NCBI GenBank assembly: GCA_016704275.1
Contig: JADJAK010000005.1
Location: 107,473-171,472, forward strand
Length of the DNA: 64,000 bases
Direction: 5' to 3'
Source: Gemmatimonadota bacterium
GTDB lineage: Bacteria > Gemmatimonadota > Gemmatimonadetes > Gemmatimonadales > GWC2-71-9
Shown: positions 17,419 through 28,375 of the stretch, piece after piece
Layout: every line of letters starts with the position of its first letter
How positions within the stretch are numbered: position 1 is the stretch's first letter
Translations under genes and position numbers: made by a program
The notes under the pieces: generated by a model
Seen by the model: only the letters and a program-made list of their open reading frames with translations
What the model was told of the DNA's origin: nothing
Database searches by the model: none

Positions 17419-20112
17419 GTGACAGTGCAACCTTGGCTCCTTGTGTGCCATCCAACCTCCGACCTTTACCCCCCCCGGAGTGTTGCCGTGGTGCTTCCGC
17501 TGACCGCCATCCTCGCCGTTGTTGCCGCCGTGGCCGACACCACCCCCCGTCCCCAACTCCGGGCCGTCCGGATCAGCGAACCGGTCGCCATCGATGGCCG
17601 TCTTGACGACGCGGCCTGGCGTGGTGGTGCACTGATCACCACGCTGGTGCAGTCATCACCGACCGAGGGGGCCCCTGCCAGCGAGGCTACGGCGGTGCAC
17701 CTCGCCTACGACGACGCGGCGCTTTACGTCGCGGCCCGGCTCCGCGACCGCGCCCCCGATTCCGTCATGGCGCTCCTGACACGTCGCGATCGGTCCAGTC
17801 AGAGCGATTTCTTCTCGCTCTACCTGGACCCGCTGGGCGACCGGCGCACCGGATACGAGTTCACGGTCAGCGCGGCCGGGGTGCAGAGCGACGGCACGCT
17901 CTACAACGACGACTGGAGCGACGACGCGTGGGATGGCGTCTGGCAGTCGTCGGTGCGGCGCGACGGCGAGGGGTGGATCGTCGAGATGCGCATTCCGCTC
18001 TCGCAGTTGCGGGTCGCTGCGGCGGGGTCGATTCGCTGGGGCGTGAACGTGGGGCGCGGCATCGGCCGCCGGAACGAGGTGAGCTATCTGATCCCGCGGC
18101 TGCGCGAGGGGAGCGGCTTCGTCTCCCGCTTCGCGGAGCTGCTCGGGCCCGACGAGGTCACGCCACGTCGCCGGGCCGAGCTGCTGCCGTACCTCACCGG
18201 GAAGCGCGAGTCGGCGCCGACCACCCTCGGCAATCCCTTCCGAACCGGCAGCCAGACCACGCCCTCGGTGGGCGCGGATTTTCGCCTGGGGCTGGGACGC
18301 GGCTTCCAGCTCGACGGCACGGTGAATCCCGACTTTGGCCAGGTCGAGGTCGACCCGGCGGTCGTGAACCTCAGCGACGTCGAGGTCTTCTTCGATGAAC
18401 GCCGTCCGTTCTTTGTCGAGGGGATCAACGTCTTCCGCTTCGGCTACGGCGGGGCCAACAACTTCATGGGCTTCAACTGGGTCAACCTCGATCCCTTCTA
18501 CTCGCGCCGCATCGGTCGCGCGCCGCAGGGCCGGATTCCGGAGTCGCCGTTCAGCGAAGCGCCGCAGGGTGTCCGGATCCTCGGCGCAGCCAAGCTGACG
18601 GGCCGGCTTGGCTCGTGGAATGTCGGTACCCTGTCGGCGCTGACGCAGCGCGAGCACGCGCGTCTCTCTGACGGCACGGTCGAGCAGCGCGCCGAGATCG
18701 AGCCGCTCGCCGGGTACGGCGTGGTGCGGGCGCAGCGCGACTTCGCCGGCGGACGTCACGGCCTGGGCGTGCTCGGCACGGTGACGCATCGCGATTTTCG
18801 CGACAACAGCCTGCGCGACCAGATGGATGCGGGGGCCCAGCTCGCGGGACTCGATGGGTGGCTGACACTCGACAGCAAGCGCACGTGGGTCATGAGCGGC
18901 TGGGGCGCGATCAGCCGGGTGACCGGCACGGCCGCCCGCATCACCGCGCTGCAGGCCGGGGCGGGGCACTACTACCAGCGCCCCGACGCGGACCACGTCG
19001 AACTCGATCCCGACGCGACGACGATGTCGGGCTCCTTCGGGCGCCTCACCCTCAACAAGCAGAACGGCAGCACGCTCTTCAACGCCGCCGTGGGCGCGGT
19101 GTCGCCGGGCTTCGAGGCGAACGACCTCGGCTTCGTCGGCCGCACCGACGTGCTGAATGCCCATGTGTCCAGCGGCTATCGCTGGACCAAGCCGCGCGGC
19201 CTGATCAACTCCGCCCGCTATGCCACCACGATCTTCGGCACCTGGGACTTTGGCGGGGCGCGCAACAGCGCCGGGTGGTGGAACAACGTCAACATCACCT
19301 GGAGCAATTTCTCCGGCACCTACTTCGGGGGAACGGTCAATCCGGCGTCGACGAACGTGCGCGGGACGCGCGGTGGCCCCGCGATGGCCTCACCAGGGGG
19401 CTTCGAAGCGTTCGCTGGCTGGACCAGCGACGAGCGGAAGCCGCTGTCGTTCGAGGTGGAGCTGAGCGGGTCGCGGTATGCCGGCGGCGAGCGGCATGCG
19501 CAGAACTATTCCATCGCCGCCACCTATCGGCCGGCTTCCAACGTCTCGATCAGCGTGGGCCCGAGCTACGAGGCACTGCGCAACCCGGCGCAGTACCTGC
19601 GCGCCGCCGACGATCCCGCCGCAACCGCGACGTACGGACGCCGCTATCTCTTCGGCGATCTCGACCAGCAGACGCTGAGCGGCAACATTCGCGTCAACTG
19701 GATCCTCTCCCCGAAGACGTCGATCGAGCTCTTCGCGCAGCCGCTGATCTCCTCGGGACGCTACCACACCGTGCGCGAGCTGCGGGCTCCGGGGACCTTC
19801 GCCTTCCGCGATTTCGGGACGGAGGGATCGACGGTGGATCGGGCGGCCGGTGTGGTCGACCCCGATGGAGCCGGGGCAGCCCCCGCGATCACGATCGGGC
19901 AGCCCGATTTCACCTTCGCGTCGTTGCGGGGCAACGCGGTGTTCCGGTGGGAGTACACCGCTGGCTCGACCTTCTTCCTGGTCTGGACGCAGCAGCGCGC
20001 GTACCAGGATTCGCAGGGACGTTTCGCACCGGGGAGCAGCTTCGACCGTCTCCTCTCGGAGCCCGGTCAGCAGGTGCTGATGATGAAGTTGAGCTACTGG
20101 TTGAACCGCTAG
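17419..20112 (+). CDS. DUF5916 / carbohydrate-binding family 9-like outer-membrane protein
   Basis: 897-aa ORF. The N-terminal CBM9-like motif is ISEPVAIDGRLDDAAW, followed by a long beta-rich region ending in a hydrophobic/aromatic C-terminus (LSYWLNR). The true start may be one of the in-frame GTGs about 70 nt downstream. Confidence 0.6.
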   Translation: MTVQPWLLVCHPTSDLYPPRSVAVVLPLTAILAVVAAVADTTPRPQLRAVRISEPVAIDGRLDDAAWRGGALITTLVQSSPTEGAPASEATAVHLAYDDAALYVAARLRDRAPDSVMALLTRRDRSSQSDFFSLYLDPLGDRRTGYEFTVSAAGVQSDGTLYNDDWSDDAWDGVWQSSVRRDGEGWIVEMRIPLSQLRVAAAGSIRWGVNVGRGIGRRNEVSYLIPRLREGSGFVSRFAELLGPDEVTPRRRAELLPYLTGKRESAPTTLGNPFRTGSQTTPSVGADFRLGLGRGFQLDGTVNPDFGQVEVDPAVVNLSDVEVFFDERRPFFVEGINVFRFGYGGANNFMGFNWVNLDPFYSRRIGRAPQGRIPESPFSEAPQGVRILGAAKLTGRLGSWNVGTLSALTQREHARLSDGTVEQRAEIEPLAGYGVVRAQRDFAGGRHGLGVLGTVTHRDFRDNSLRDQMDAGAQLAGLDGWLTLDSKRTWVMSGWGAISRVTGTAARITALQAGAGHYYQRPDADHVELDPDATTMSGSFGRLTLNKQNGSTLFNAAVGAVSPGFEANDLGFVGRTDVLNAHVSSGYRWTKPRGLINSARYATTIFGTWDFGGARNSAGWWNNVNITWSNFSGTYFGGTVNPASTNVRGTRGGPAMASPGGFEAFAGWTSDERKPLSFEVELSGSRYAGGERHAQNYSIAATYRPASNVSISVGPSYEALRNPAQYLRAADDPAATATYGRRYLFGDLDQQTLSGNIRVNWILSPKTSIELFAQPLISSGRYHTVRELRAPGTFAFRDFGTEGSTVDRAAGVVDPDGAGAAPAITIGQPDFTFASLRGNAVFRWEYTAGSTFFLVWTQQRAYQDSQGRFAPGSSFDRLLSEPGQQVLMMKLSYWLNR

Positions 20113-20116
20113 CGGC

Positions 20117-20662
20117 TCAGCGCGGCACCGTCAGCAGGGCGACGGCGGCCCGGAGGTCGGCAGCCACCGGAAATCCGAGGCTGCCGGCCTCGTCCGCGTG
20201 GAGTGCCCCATCGCCGGTCAGGACCAGGATGGCCTGTGCGCCGAGGGTCCGCGCCGGCAGGAGGTCACCGGGCCGGTCTCCCACGCACCAGGACCGCGCC
20301 AGGTCAATGCCGAAGCGTTCGGTGGCTTGCCGGTGCATCGCCGTGCCTGGCTTGCGGCAGTCGCAGCTGTCCTCGCGCCGATGTGGGCAGTGGTACACCG
20401 CGTCGATGGTGATGCCGTGGACGAGAAGCTGCCGGTGGAGTTCGGCCTGCACCGCGGCGAAGTCGGCCTCGGTGAAGAAGCCCTGCCCGATCCCGGACTG
20501 ATTGGTGACGATGATGCGGAGGTAGCCGAGACGGGTCAGCTCGTGGAGTGCGTCGATGACCCCGGGAAGGAGGACCACACCCGCTGGATCGGCGAGATGG
20601 CCAGGGTCCTCGATCAGGGTGCCGTCGCGATCGAGGAAGACGGCCGGCGCGCGGTCTGTCAT
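20117..20662 (-). CDS. gmhB: D-glycero-D-manno-heptose 1,7-bisphosphate phosphatase (HAD-IIIA)
   Basis: 181-aa ORF with the motifs FLDRDGTL, TNQSGIG and Zn-site CPHRREDSCDCRKP. Confidence 0.85.
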   Translation of the reverse strand: MTDRAPAVFLDRDGTLIEDPGHLADPAGVVLLPGVIDALHELTRLGYLRIIVTNQSGIGQGFFTEADFAAVQAELHRQLLVHGITIDAVYHCPHRREDSCDCRKPGTAMHRQATERFGIDLARSWCVGDRPGDLLPARTLGAQAILVLTGDGALHADEAGSLGFPVAADLRAAVALLTVPR

Positions 20663-21966
20663 CGGCGCGTCGGCCGGCCGCTGGTCGAGTCGGGGCGCGC
20701 CTTGGCGGTCGAGTCCTTCGTGGCGGCGAGTGAATCCGCCTTGCTGGGTACGGGCTTCCGTCCCTCGACGCGAATCCGGAGCGTCGTCGCCACCCCGCCG
20801 CCGATGGTCCGGACGCCGTGGAGTTCGACCACGTAGCTGGTCGCGCTCTGGACCACGCCCGCCGTGCGCACCATCAGTCGCGTCGTGAGCGGCGGGCGCA
20901 CCTGCTCAACGCTGTCCGGTGGCGGTGCGGTCGGCGCACCACGGACGGGCCGTCGTGCCGGCGGCGCCGCGGGGCGCGCGTCCGGCGGGGTGCTGTCGGC
21001 CTTGGCCGCCGCGGTATCGTCCGGTGCCTTCACGGGGGTGAGACCACCGCGCCCGCGATAGAGCGAATCGTGCGCGGGCTGCGGGAGCGCGCCGAGCGGC
21101 CCGATCGTGCCGGAGTCCGGGAGTTGCACCACCCGGATCGAGTCGGCCGGCAGCGCGAAGCGCGGGTCAAGGGTCTGCGTGAGCACCACGCCGATCGTGA
21201 AGGAGTCGACGCGCTCGGCCGACTGAATGCGCGGCGGCGTCGAGTCGCGCGGAAAGGCCCAGATCTCGCCGACCACGTCGGTGGCGGCGGTGACGCGCAC
21301 GGTGTCCCAGGACTCCTTCGGGCCGCGGCGACGATTGCGATCCTGATCGACGACGGCCCCGACGAGAAAGGTGCCCCGCGGCAGCGGACCGAATGCAAAA
21401 CGGCCATTGGAGTCCGCGAGCGTGCGATAGGGGAGGGAGTCCGGCAGCAGCAACGCCTCGATCAGCGCGAGCGGAACGGGGCGCTGCGTCCCCCAGTCGA
21501 CGGCGCGCCCAATGAGGTACCGCCCGGGCAGCGCGCCACCGGTGGAGAGCGTGATCACCGACGCCTGTTGCGACACGTTCGAGGGTTCGCGGATGTCGCG
21601 GATCCCGGGCGCCAACTCGATGCGATAGACGGTATTGGGAAGCCAGCCGTCGCGGGGGCGGACCAGCAGGCGATTGCGCTTCCACTGTACGCGCGGGATG
21701 ACGCTGTCCGGTGCCGGCGAGAGCATGACCAGGCGTTCGAGTTCGCCGTTGCCGGTGCCGAAGTTCGGCTGCGTCCCCTCGGAGATGATCTCGTCGAACC
21801 TGAACTCGACCCAGCCATCGAAGCCGTCGAGCATCCGCACCGAGTCGGGGATGGTGCCGATCAGCAGCGGCGGCGTACCATCGGCCGGCCCGCCCGGGGG
21901 CGGGGCCATGCGCGCGCAGCCCGCGAGCAGGCACGCCCCGAGTGCGAGCCGCCTCAGTCCGTGCAC
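20659..21966 (-). CDS. Ig-like (SbsA-type) domain lipoprotein with a Pro/Ala-rich region
   Basis: 435-aa ORF with a lipobox (LLAGCA), beta-rich Ig-like regions and the low-complexity stretch PPDARPAAPPARRPVRGAPTAPPP. Its start overlaps the valS stop by 13 nt. Confidence 0.55.
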   Translation of the reverse strand: MHGLRRLALGACLLAGCARMAPPPGGPADGTPPLLIGTIPDSVRMLDGFDGWVEFRFDEIISEGTQPNFGTGNGELERLVMLSPAPDSVIPRVQWKRNRLLVRPRDGWLPNTVYRIELAPGIRDIREPSNVSQQASVITLSTGGALPGRYLIGRAVDWGTQRPVPLALIEALLLPDSLPYRTLADSNGRFAFGPLPRGTFLVGAVVDQDRNRRRGPKESWDTVRVTAATDVVGEIWAFPRDSTPPRIQSAERVDSFTIGVVLTQTLDPRFALPADSIRVVQLPDSGTIGPLGALPQPAHDSLYRGRGGLTPVKAPDDTAAAKADSTPPDARPAAPPARRPVRGAPTAPPPDSVEQVRPPLTTRLMVRTAGVVQSATSYVVELHGVRTIGGGVATTLRIRVEGRKPVPSKADSLAATKDSTAKARPDSTSGRPTRR

Positions 21967-24623
21967 CCGAGTGCGATGCGCTTGGCGCGCAGCGCCTCCG
22001 CCTGGGCGCGCCAGGCGACGAGCTTCTCGCGCTCCTTGTCGATGATCGCCGCTGGTGCGCGGGCGACGAACTGCTCGTTGCCGAGCTTGGTCTCCTGTGC
22101 GGTGACCAGCGCATCAAGCTTGTCGGCCTCGGCACCGAGGCGCGCGCACTCCTTCGCGATGTCGACCAGGTCGCCGAGCGGCACGAACACGATCGTGCGG
22201 TCGTCGAGCACGATGGTCCCACCCGGCTCATCCGGCGCGGTGCCGATGGTCAGCGTCTCGACCTTGGCCAGCCGGCGTACCGTCTCGCCCTCGGCCGCGA
22301 GCGCACGCGCGGCCACCGGGCTCGCGTCGCTCACGGTCACCGACACGGTCTGCCCCGGAGCCACCGCATACTCGGCGCGCAACGCGCGCACGGCGCCGAT
22401 GACGGCCTGCGCGGCGCCGAACTCCTCGAGCGCGGCCGCATCCGCACGGCCGTCGCTCGCGAGCGGCCAGGCGGCGAGGGAGATGGTCGCGTCGGGTGCT
22501 GAGTTCGGGAGCCGCTGCCAGAGTGCCTCGGTGATGAACGGCATCACCGGGTGCAGCAGGCGCAGGCCCTGATCGAAGACGTGGGCCGCGACGGCGCGTG
22601 CCGTCTCGCCACCGGGGGCGTTGCCATAGAGGCGCGGCTTCACCTGCTCGACGTACCAGTCCGCGAGGTCACTCCAGAGGAAGTGGTACACCGCGGCGGC
22701 CGCGTCGTTGAGCCGATAGCGTTCGTACTGCAGCGTCGCCTCGCGGATGGTTGCCTCGGCGCGCGCAAGGATCCAGCGATCGGCGAGCGTGAGATCACGC
22801 TCCGCGATCGACGCGAGCGGCGCGGCGCCGGCCTCGAGGTGTCCGAGGAGGAAACGACCGATGTTCCACAGCTTGTTGGCGAAGTTGCGGCCCGGCGCGA
22901 ACGAGACGTCGAGATCGGCCGGATCGAGAATCAGGTCCGTCCCCACCGCCATCCCGCTCACCATGGTGTAGCGGAGGGCGTCGGCGCCGAAGCGATCGAT
23001 CACCTCGAGCGGGTCGATGCCGTTGCCCAGCGACTTCGACATCTTGCGATGCTGGGTGTCGCGCACGGTGCCGTGCAGGTACACGGTGCGGAACGGCACC
23101 TCGCCGCGGAAGGCGAGGCCGGCCATGATCATCCGGGCCACCCAGAAGAAGAGGATCTCCGGGGCCGTGACGAGTGTCGCGCCAGGGTAGAAGGCGCGGA
23201 GATCGTCCGTCTCCTCGGGCCAGCCGAGCGACGAGAATGGCACCAGCCACGACGAGAACCAGGTGTCGAGCACATCCTCGTCCTGCCGCACGGCGCCGCC
23301 ACAGGCGGTGCACGCCTCGACATCGGTGCGCGAGACGATGGTCTGTCGACATCCTTCAGCCTCGCAGTACCAGACCGGGATGCGATGGCCCCACCAGAGC
23401 TGGCGCGAGATGCACCAATCGCGGATGTTCTCGAGCCACATGGCGTAGTTGTCGCCCTGGCGCTCGGGGAGGAAGCTCACCCGGCCGTCGCGGTACGCCT
23501 GCAGCGCCGGATCGGCGAGCGGCTGCATCTTCACGAACCACTGGTCCGACAAGCGCGGCTCGACCACCGTGTCGCAGCGGTAGCAATGGCCCACGGCGTG
23601 GCGATGCGCCTCCACCTTCTCCAGCAGCCCGAGCGCGTCGAACTCGGCGACCACGCGCTTCCGCGCCTCAAAGCGATCGAGGCCCCGGAAGCGTTCGGGG
23701 ACGGTGTCGTTCATCTTCGCGTCGTCGGTCATCACGTCGAGCTGGGCCAGGCCGTGGCGCTTGCCGATCTCGAAGTCGGTCGGATCATGCGCGGGCGTGA
23801 CCTTGACGGCGCCCGAGCCGAAGTCGGCCTCGACCGCCTCGTCGCCGACGATCGGGATGAGTCGGTCGGCGAGTGGCAGGCGCAGCTGGGTGCCGATCAG
23901 CGCGGCGTAGCGCGGGTCGGTCGGGTGCACGGCCACCGCGGTGTCGCCGAGCATCGTCTCGGGGCGGGTGGTCGCCACGGTGACGAAGCCCTGACCGTCC
24001 TCGCGCGGGTAGCGGAGGTGCCAGATCTTGCCGTCGGTCTCTTCCTTCTCCGCCTCCTCGTTCGAGAGGGCGGTGAGGCAGCGGGGGCACCAGTTGATGA
24101 TGTACTTGCCGCGATAGATCAGGCCGCGCTCGTGCAGCGTGACGAACACCTCGCGGACCGCGCGCGAGAGATCCTCGTCGAGCGTGAAGTAGGTGCGCGA
24201 CCAGTCGCAGCTGGCGCCGAGCGCCTTGAGCTGCTCGAGGATCACACCACCCGTCTCTTCGACAAACCCGCGGACGCGGGTGACAAACGCCTCGCGACCC
24301 ACATCGAAGCGGGTCAGTCCTTCCTTGGCGAGCAGCTTCTCCACCACGTTCTGCGTGGCGATGCCGGCGTGGTCGGTGCCGGGCACCCAGAGTGCCTTGC
24401 GACCACGCATCCGCTCGAAACGGATCAACACATCCTGCAGGGTGTTGTTGAGTCCGTGTCCGGCGTGCAGCACGGCGGTCACGTTCGGCGGCGGGATCTG
24501 GATGACGTACGGCTCACCGGGAGCGTTGGCGTCGACCGTGTAGAATCCGCGGTCCTGCCACCACTGGTAGAGCGGGCCCTCGATGGCGCGTGGGTCGTAT
24601 TGGGGGGCGAGCGGTTCGGTCAC
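21954..24623 (-). CDS. valS: Valine--tRNA ligase
   Basis: The GTG at 24623 gives VTEPLAPQYDPRAIEGPLYQWW. The HIGH-type (PNVTAVLHAGH) and KMSKS motifs are present, with a C-terminal coiled coil. The ORF-track N-terminal extension is Arg/Gly junk. Confidence 0.95.
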   Translation of the reverse strand: MTEPLAPQYDPRAIEGPLYQWWQDRGFYTVDANAPGEPYVIQIPPPNVTAVLHAGHGLNNTLQDVLIRFERMRGRKALWVPGTDHAGIATQNVVEKLLAKEGLTRFDVGREAFVTRVRGFVEETGGVILEQLKALGASCDWSRTYFTLDEDLSRAVREVFVTLHERGLIYRGKYIINWCPRCLTALSNEEAEKEETDGKIWHLRYPREDGQGFVTVATTRPETMLGDTAVAVHPTDPRYAALIGTQLRLPLADRLIPIVGDEAVEADFGSGAVKVTPAHDPTDFEIGKRHGLAQLDVMTDDAKMNDTVPERFRGLDRFEARKRVVAEFDALGLLEKVEAHRHAVGHCYRCDTVVEPRLSDQWFVKMQPLADPALQAYRDGRVSFLPERQGDNYAMWLENIRDWCISRQLWWGHRIPVWYCEAEGCRQTIVSRTDVEACTACGGAVRQDEDVLDTWFSSWLVPFSSLGWPEETDDLRAFYPGATLVTAPEILFFWVARMIMAGLAFRGEVPFRTVYLHGTVRDTQHRKMSKSLGNGIDPLEVIDRFGADALRYTMVSGMAVGTDLILDPADLDVSFAPGRNFANKLWNIGRFLLGHLEAGAAPLASIAERDLTLADRWILARAEATIREATLQYERYRLNDAAAAVYHFLWSDLADWYVEQVKPRLYGNAPGGETARAVAAHVFDQGLRLLHPVMPFITEALWQRLPNSAPDATISLAAWPLASDGRADAAALEEFGAAQAVIGAVRALRAEYAVAPGQTVSVTVSDASPVAARALAAEGETVRRLAKVETLTIGTAPDEPGGTIVLDDRTIVFVPLGDLVDIAKECARLGAEADKLDALVTAQETKLGNEQFVARAPAAIIDKEREKLVAWRAQAEALRAKRIALGCTD

Positions 24624-25066
24624 GCGATCGCCTCGTCGCCCAATTCGGCCGCGCCCAGCTCGACCAGGTCGTCCTCGCCGCGCACGAGCAGGCAATTCAC
24701 CAGCCGCTCCACCGTCACCGCCTCGGCCACGAGCCTCGCGGCGGTCGAGCGCGCGCGGCGATCGGGCACCCAGCCATGCAGTTCGAGGGCATTCCGGCCG
24801 ACAGGCACGACCTCGAGCTGCAGGCCGCGCAGCCGCACGTCGGCATCGAGCGCCGCCTGGGCGTCATGGACCAGTTCGGCGACCGAGCGATCGCCCACCG
24901 GGGCGGTCTGGCGGTCGCGGCGAGTGACCCGGGTGGCCCGGGGGCCGACCAGTTCTCCCACCAGAAATCCGAGGGCGGCACCGAGGGCGAGGCCGGCCGT
25001 GACAAGGCCGGCGGCAGCGAGGCCGTCAGGGCGGGAAGGGCGGCGGCGTGCAGCGAAACGAGGCAT
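24620..25066 (-). CDS. BON-domain protein with N-terminal TM
   Basis: 148-aa ORF with a TM segment (AAAGLVTAGLALGAALGFLVG). The BON-like core is LRGLQLEVVPVGRNALELHGWVPDRRARSTAARLVAEAVTVERLVNCL. Its stop overlaps the valS GTG (GTGA). Confidence 0.6.
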   Translation of the reverse strand: MPRFAARRRPSRPDGLAAAGLVTAGLALGAALGFLVGELVGPRATRVTRRDRQTAPVGDRSVAELVHDAQAALDADVRLRGLQLEVVPVGRNALELHGWVPDRRARSTAARLVAEAVTVERLVNCLLVRGEDDLVELGAAELGDEAIA

Positions 25067-25071
25067 GATGC

Positions 25072-25077
25072 TAAAAT
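25072..25077 (+). promoter_or_regulatory. AT-rich -10-like hexamer (TAAAAT) in the BON/thrS divergent gap
   Basis: This is one of the very few AT-only hexamers in the window. It lies about 68 nt upstream of the thrS ATG. No convincing -35 was found. Confidence 0.15.
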
Positions 25078-25144
25078 ACTAGGCTCGGTCGGCACGGCCT
25101 ATGCCCTGCCGCCACGTGTGGAACCCTTTGCCAGGCTGGCCCCG

Positions 25145-27112
25145 ATGACCGCTGCTCTCGACGCCCCGATCCGCGTGACCCTCCCCGATGGCTCCATTCG
25201 CGAGCTCGAGGCGGGGACCACCGGCGCGGCGCTGGCCGCGGCGATCGGGGCCGGGCTGGCGCGGGCGGCGGTCGCGATCCGGGTCAATGGCGACATCCGC
25301 GACCTCGGCCGCCCGCTGGTGGACGGCGATCAAGTCGCGATCCTGACCGAACGCGATGCCGATGCCCTCCCGGTCCTGCGCCACTCGGCGGCCCACATTC
25401 TCGCGACCGCGGTGCGGAAGATCTTCCCCGGCGCCGGGATCGGATTCGGCCCGTCGATCGACGAGGGCTTCTACTACGACTTCGATGTGCCCCGGCCCTT
25501 CACGCCCGAGGACCTTGAGGCGCTCGAGGCGGCGATGGCCGAGGTCGTGGCGGCGGACTACCCCTTCGTGCGCGAGGAGGTCTCCCGCGAGGAGGCCAAC
25601 GCCCGCTTCGCCGACGATCCGCTCAAGCTGGAACGGATCAGCGAGCTCGGCCCCGACGAGACGATCACCATCTACACCGATGGCCCGTTTGTCGACCTCT
25701 GCCGCGGGCCGCACGTGCCGAGCACGGCGAAGCTCAAGCACTTCAAGCTGCTCACGGGGGCCGGCGCCTACTGGCGCGGCGACTCGTCGCGGCAGATGCT
25801 GCAGCGGATCTACGGCACGGCCTACTTCAAGAAGGACGAGCTGGCGCAGCACCTCTTCCGGCTCGAAGAGTCGAAGAAGCGCGACCACCGGATGCTCGGC
25901 AAGCAGCTCGATCTCTTCATGTTCCACCCGTTCGCCCCGGGCGCGGCGTTCTGGACCGAGAAGGGGACGGTGATCTACAACGCGCTCAACGACTACATGC
26001 GCGCGCTGCAGCGGGATGGCTATCGGGAGATCCGCACACCCCTGATGTACAACAAGGGGCTGTGGGAAATCTCCGGGCACTGGGGGAAGTACAAGGAGAA
26101 CATGTTCCTCGTCCTCGACAACGAGAGCAATGAGCATGACTTCTCGTTGAAGCCGATGAACTGTCCGTCGCACCACCTGCTCTACGGCAGCAAGAAGCAC
26201 TCGTACCGGGAGCTGCCGATCCGCTACGTCACCTACGACGTGCTGCACCGGAACGAAGTCTCGGGCGCGCTCTCGGGCCTCACGCGCGTTCGGCAATTTG
26301 CGCAGGATGACTGCCACATCTACCTGATGGAGCGGCAGATCCAGGCCGAGGTGCACCGGCTGGTGCAGTTCATCCTCAAGTACTACGAGACCTTCGGCCT
26401 GAAGGCGACGCTGAAGTTCGCCACGCGGCCGGAGCAGCGGATCGGCTCGGACCAGCTCTGGGACGAGGCGGAGCGCGCGCTGCGCCACGCCCTCGAGGCC
26501 ACCGGGCAGTCGTACGAGCTGAAGCCGGGCGACGGGGCATTCTACGGACCGAAGATCGACTTCGATGTCGAGGACGCCCTCGGCCGGAAGTGGCAGCTGG
26601 GCACGATTCAGCTCGACTACAACGCGGCCGATCGCTTCGACCTCTCGTTCGTCGGCGAGGACAACGCGGATCATCGGCCGGTGGTGATCCACCGCGCCGT
26701 GAACGGCTCGTTCGAGCGCTTCATCGCGATCCTGATCGAGCACTTCGCCGGGGCGTTCCCGCTCTGGCTGTCGCCGGAGCAGGTCCGGGTCGTGCCGATC
26801 AGCGACGCGCAGCGCGACGCCGCCGAAGCGGTGACGGCGACGCTGCGGGACGCCGGCATCCGCGCGACGCTGGACGACCGCAACGAGACGCTGAACTACC
26901 GGATTCGCGATGGCGAGATGGCGAAGGTGCCCTACCTCGCCGTGGTCGGCGGCCGGGAAGCGGAGAGCGGCGCCGTGGCGGTCCGGGTCCGCGGGGCGGG
27001 GAACAAGCAGGAGGTCATCGCGCTGACGGAGTTCACGGCGCGCCTGGTGGAGGAGGTGCGGACGAGGACGCGGAGCCTGGGCGCCCCCCCATTATCTTCC
27101 CCCGCGTCCTGA
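25145..27112 (+). CDS. thrS: Threonine--tRNA ligase
   Basis: The ATG at 25145 precedes a TGS-domain N-terminus (IRVTLPDGSIRELEAGTTG). The editing-domain His motif (HSAAHIL), class II core motifs and a C-terminal anticodon-binding domain are present. Confidence 0.95.
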   Translation: MTAALDAPIRVTLPDGSIRELEAGTTGAALAAAIGAGLARAAVAIRVNGDIRDLGRPLVDGDQVAILTERDADALPVLRHSAAHILATAVRKIFPGAGIGFGPSIDEGFYYDFDVPRPFTPEDLEALEAAMAEVVAADYPFVREEVSREEANARFADDPLKLERISELGPDETITIYTDGPFVDLCRGPHVPSTAKLKHFKLLTGAGAYWRGDSSRQMLQRIYGTAYFKKDELAQHLFRLEESKKRDHRMLGKQLDLFMFHPFAPGAAFWTEKGTVIYNALNDYMRALQRDGYREIRTPLMYNKGLWEISGHWGKYKENMFLVLDNESNEHDFSLKPMNCPSHHLLYGSKKHSYRELPIRYVTYDVLHRNEVSGALSGLTRVRQFAQDDCHIYLMERQIQAEVHRLVQFILKYYETFGLKATLKFATRPEQRIGSDQLWDEAERALRHALEATGQSYELKPGDGAFYGPKIDFDVEDALGRKWQLGTIQLDYNAADRFDLSFVGEDNADHRPVVIHRAVNGSFERFIAILIEHFAGAFPLWLSPEQVRVVPISDAQRDAAEAVTATLRDAGIRATLDDRNETLNYRIRDGEMAKVPYLAVVGGREAESGAVAVRVRGAGNKQEVIALTEFTARLVEEVRTRTRSLGAPPLSSPAS

Positions 27113-27126
27113 ATCCTTGAGGTCGC

Positions 27127-28314
<1,188 letters not shown>

Positions 28315-28349
28315 ATCGATGATCGATGATCGATGATCGATCATCGATG
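28315..28349. repeat. ATCGATG heptamer array containing the 20-nt perfect palindrome ATCGATGATCGATCATCGAT
   Basis: The sequence is (ATCGATG)x3-ATCGATC-ATCGATG and begins one nt after the thiolase stop. The palindrome spans 28329-28348. The array carries 4 GATC sites and multiple ATCGAT sites. Confidence 0.85.
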
Positions 28350-28375
28350 CCTCACATATTCCATGCAGGTAGATC

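Noticed and set aside
22551-25082. 843-aa plus-strand ORF
   Set aside because: It is antisense to valS and the BON gene and has no recognisable domains. The same reasoning applies to 25079-26743 (antisense to thrS), 26932-28515 (antisense to thiolase), 8104-9510, 8928-10118, 9911-11164 and 10549-11847 (antisense to lysC/dapB/dapA/dapD), 30760-32160 (antisense to glyA), 38619-39890 (antisense to eno), 59891-62026 and 62050-63249.
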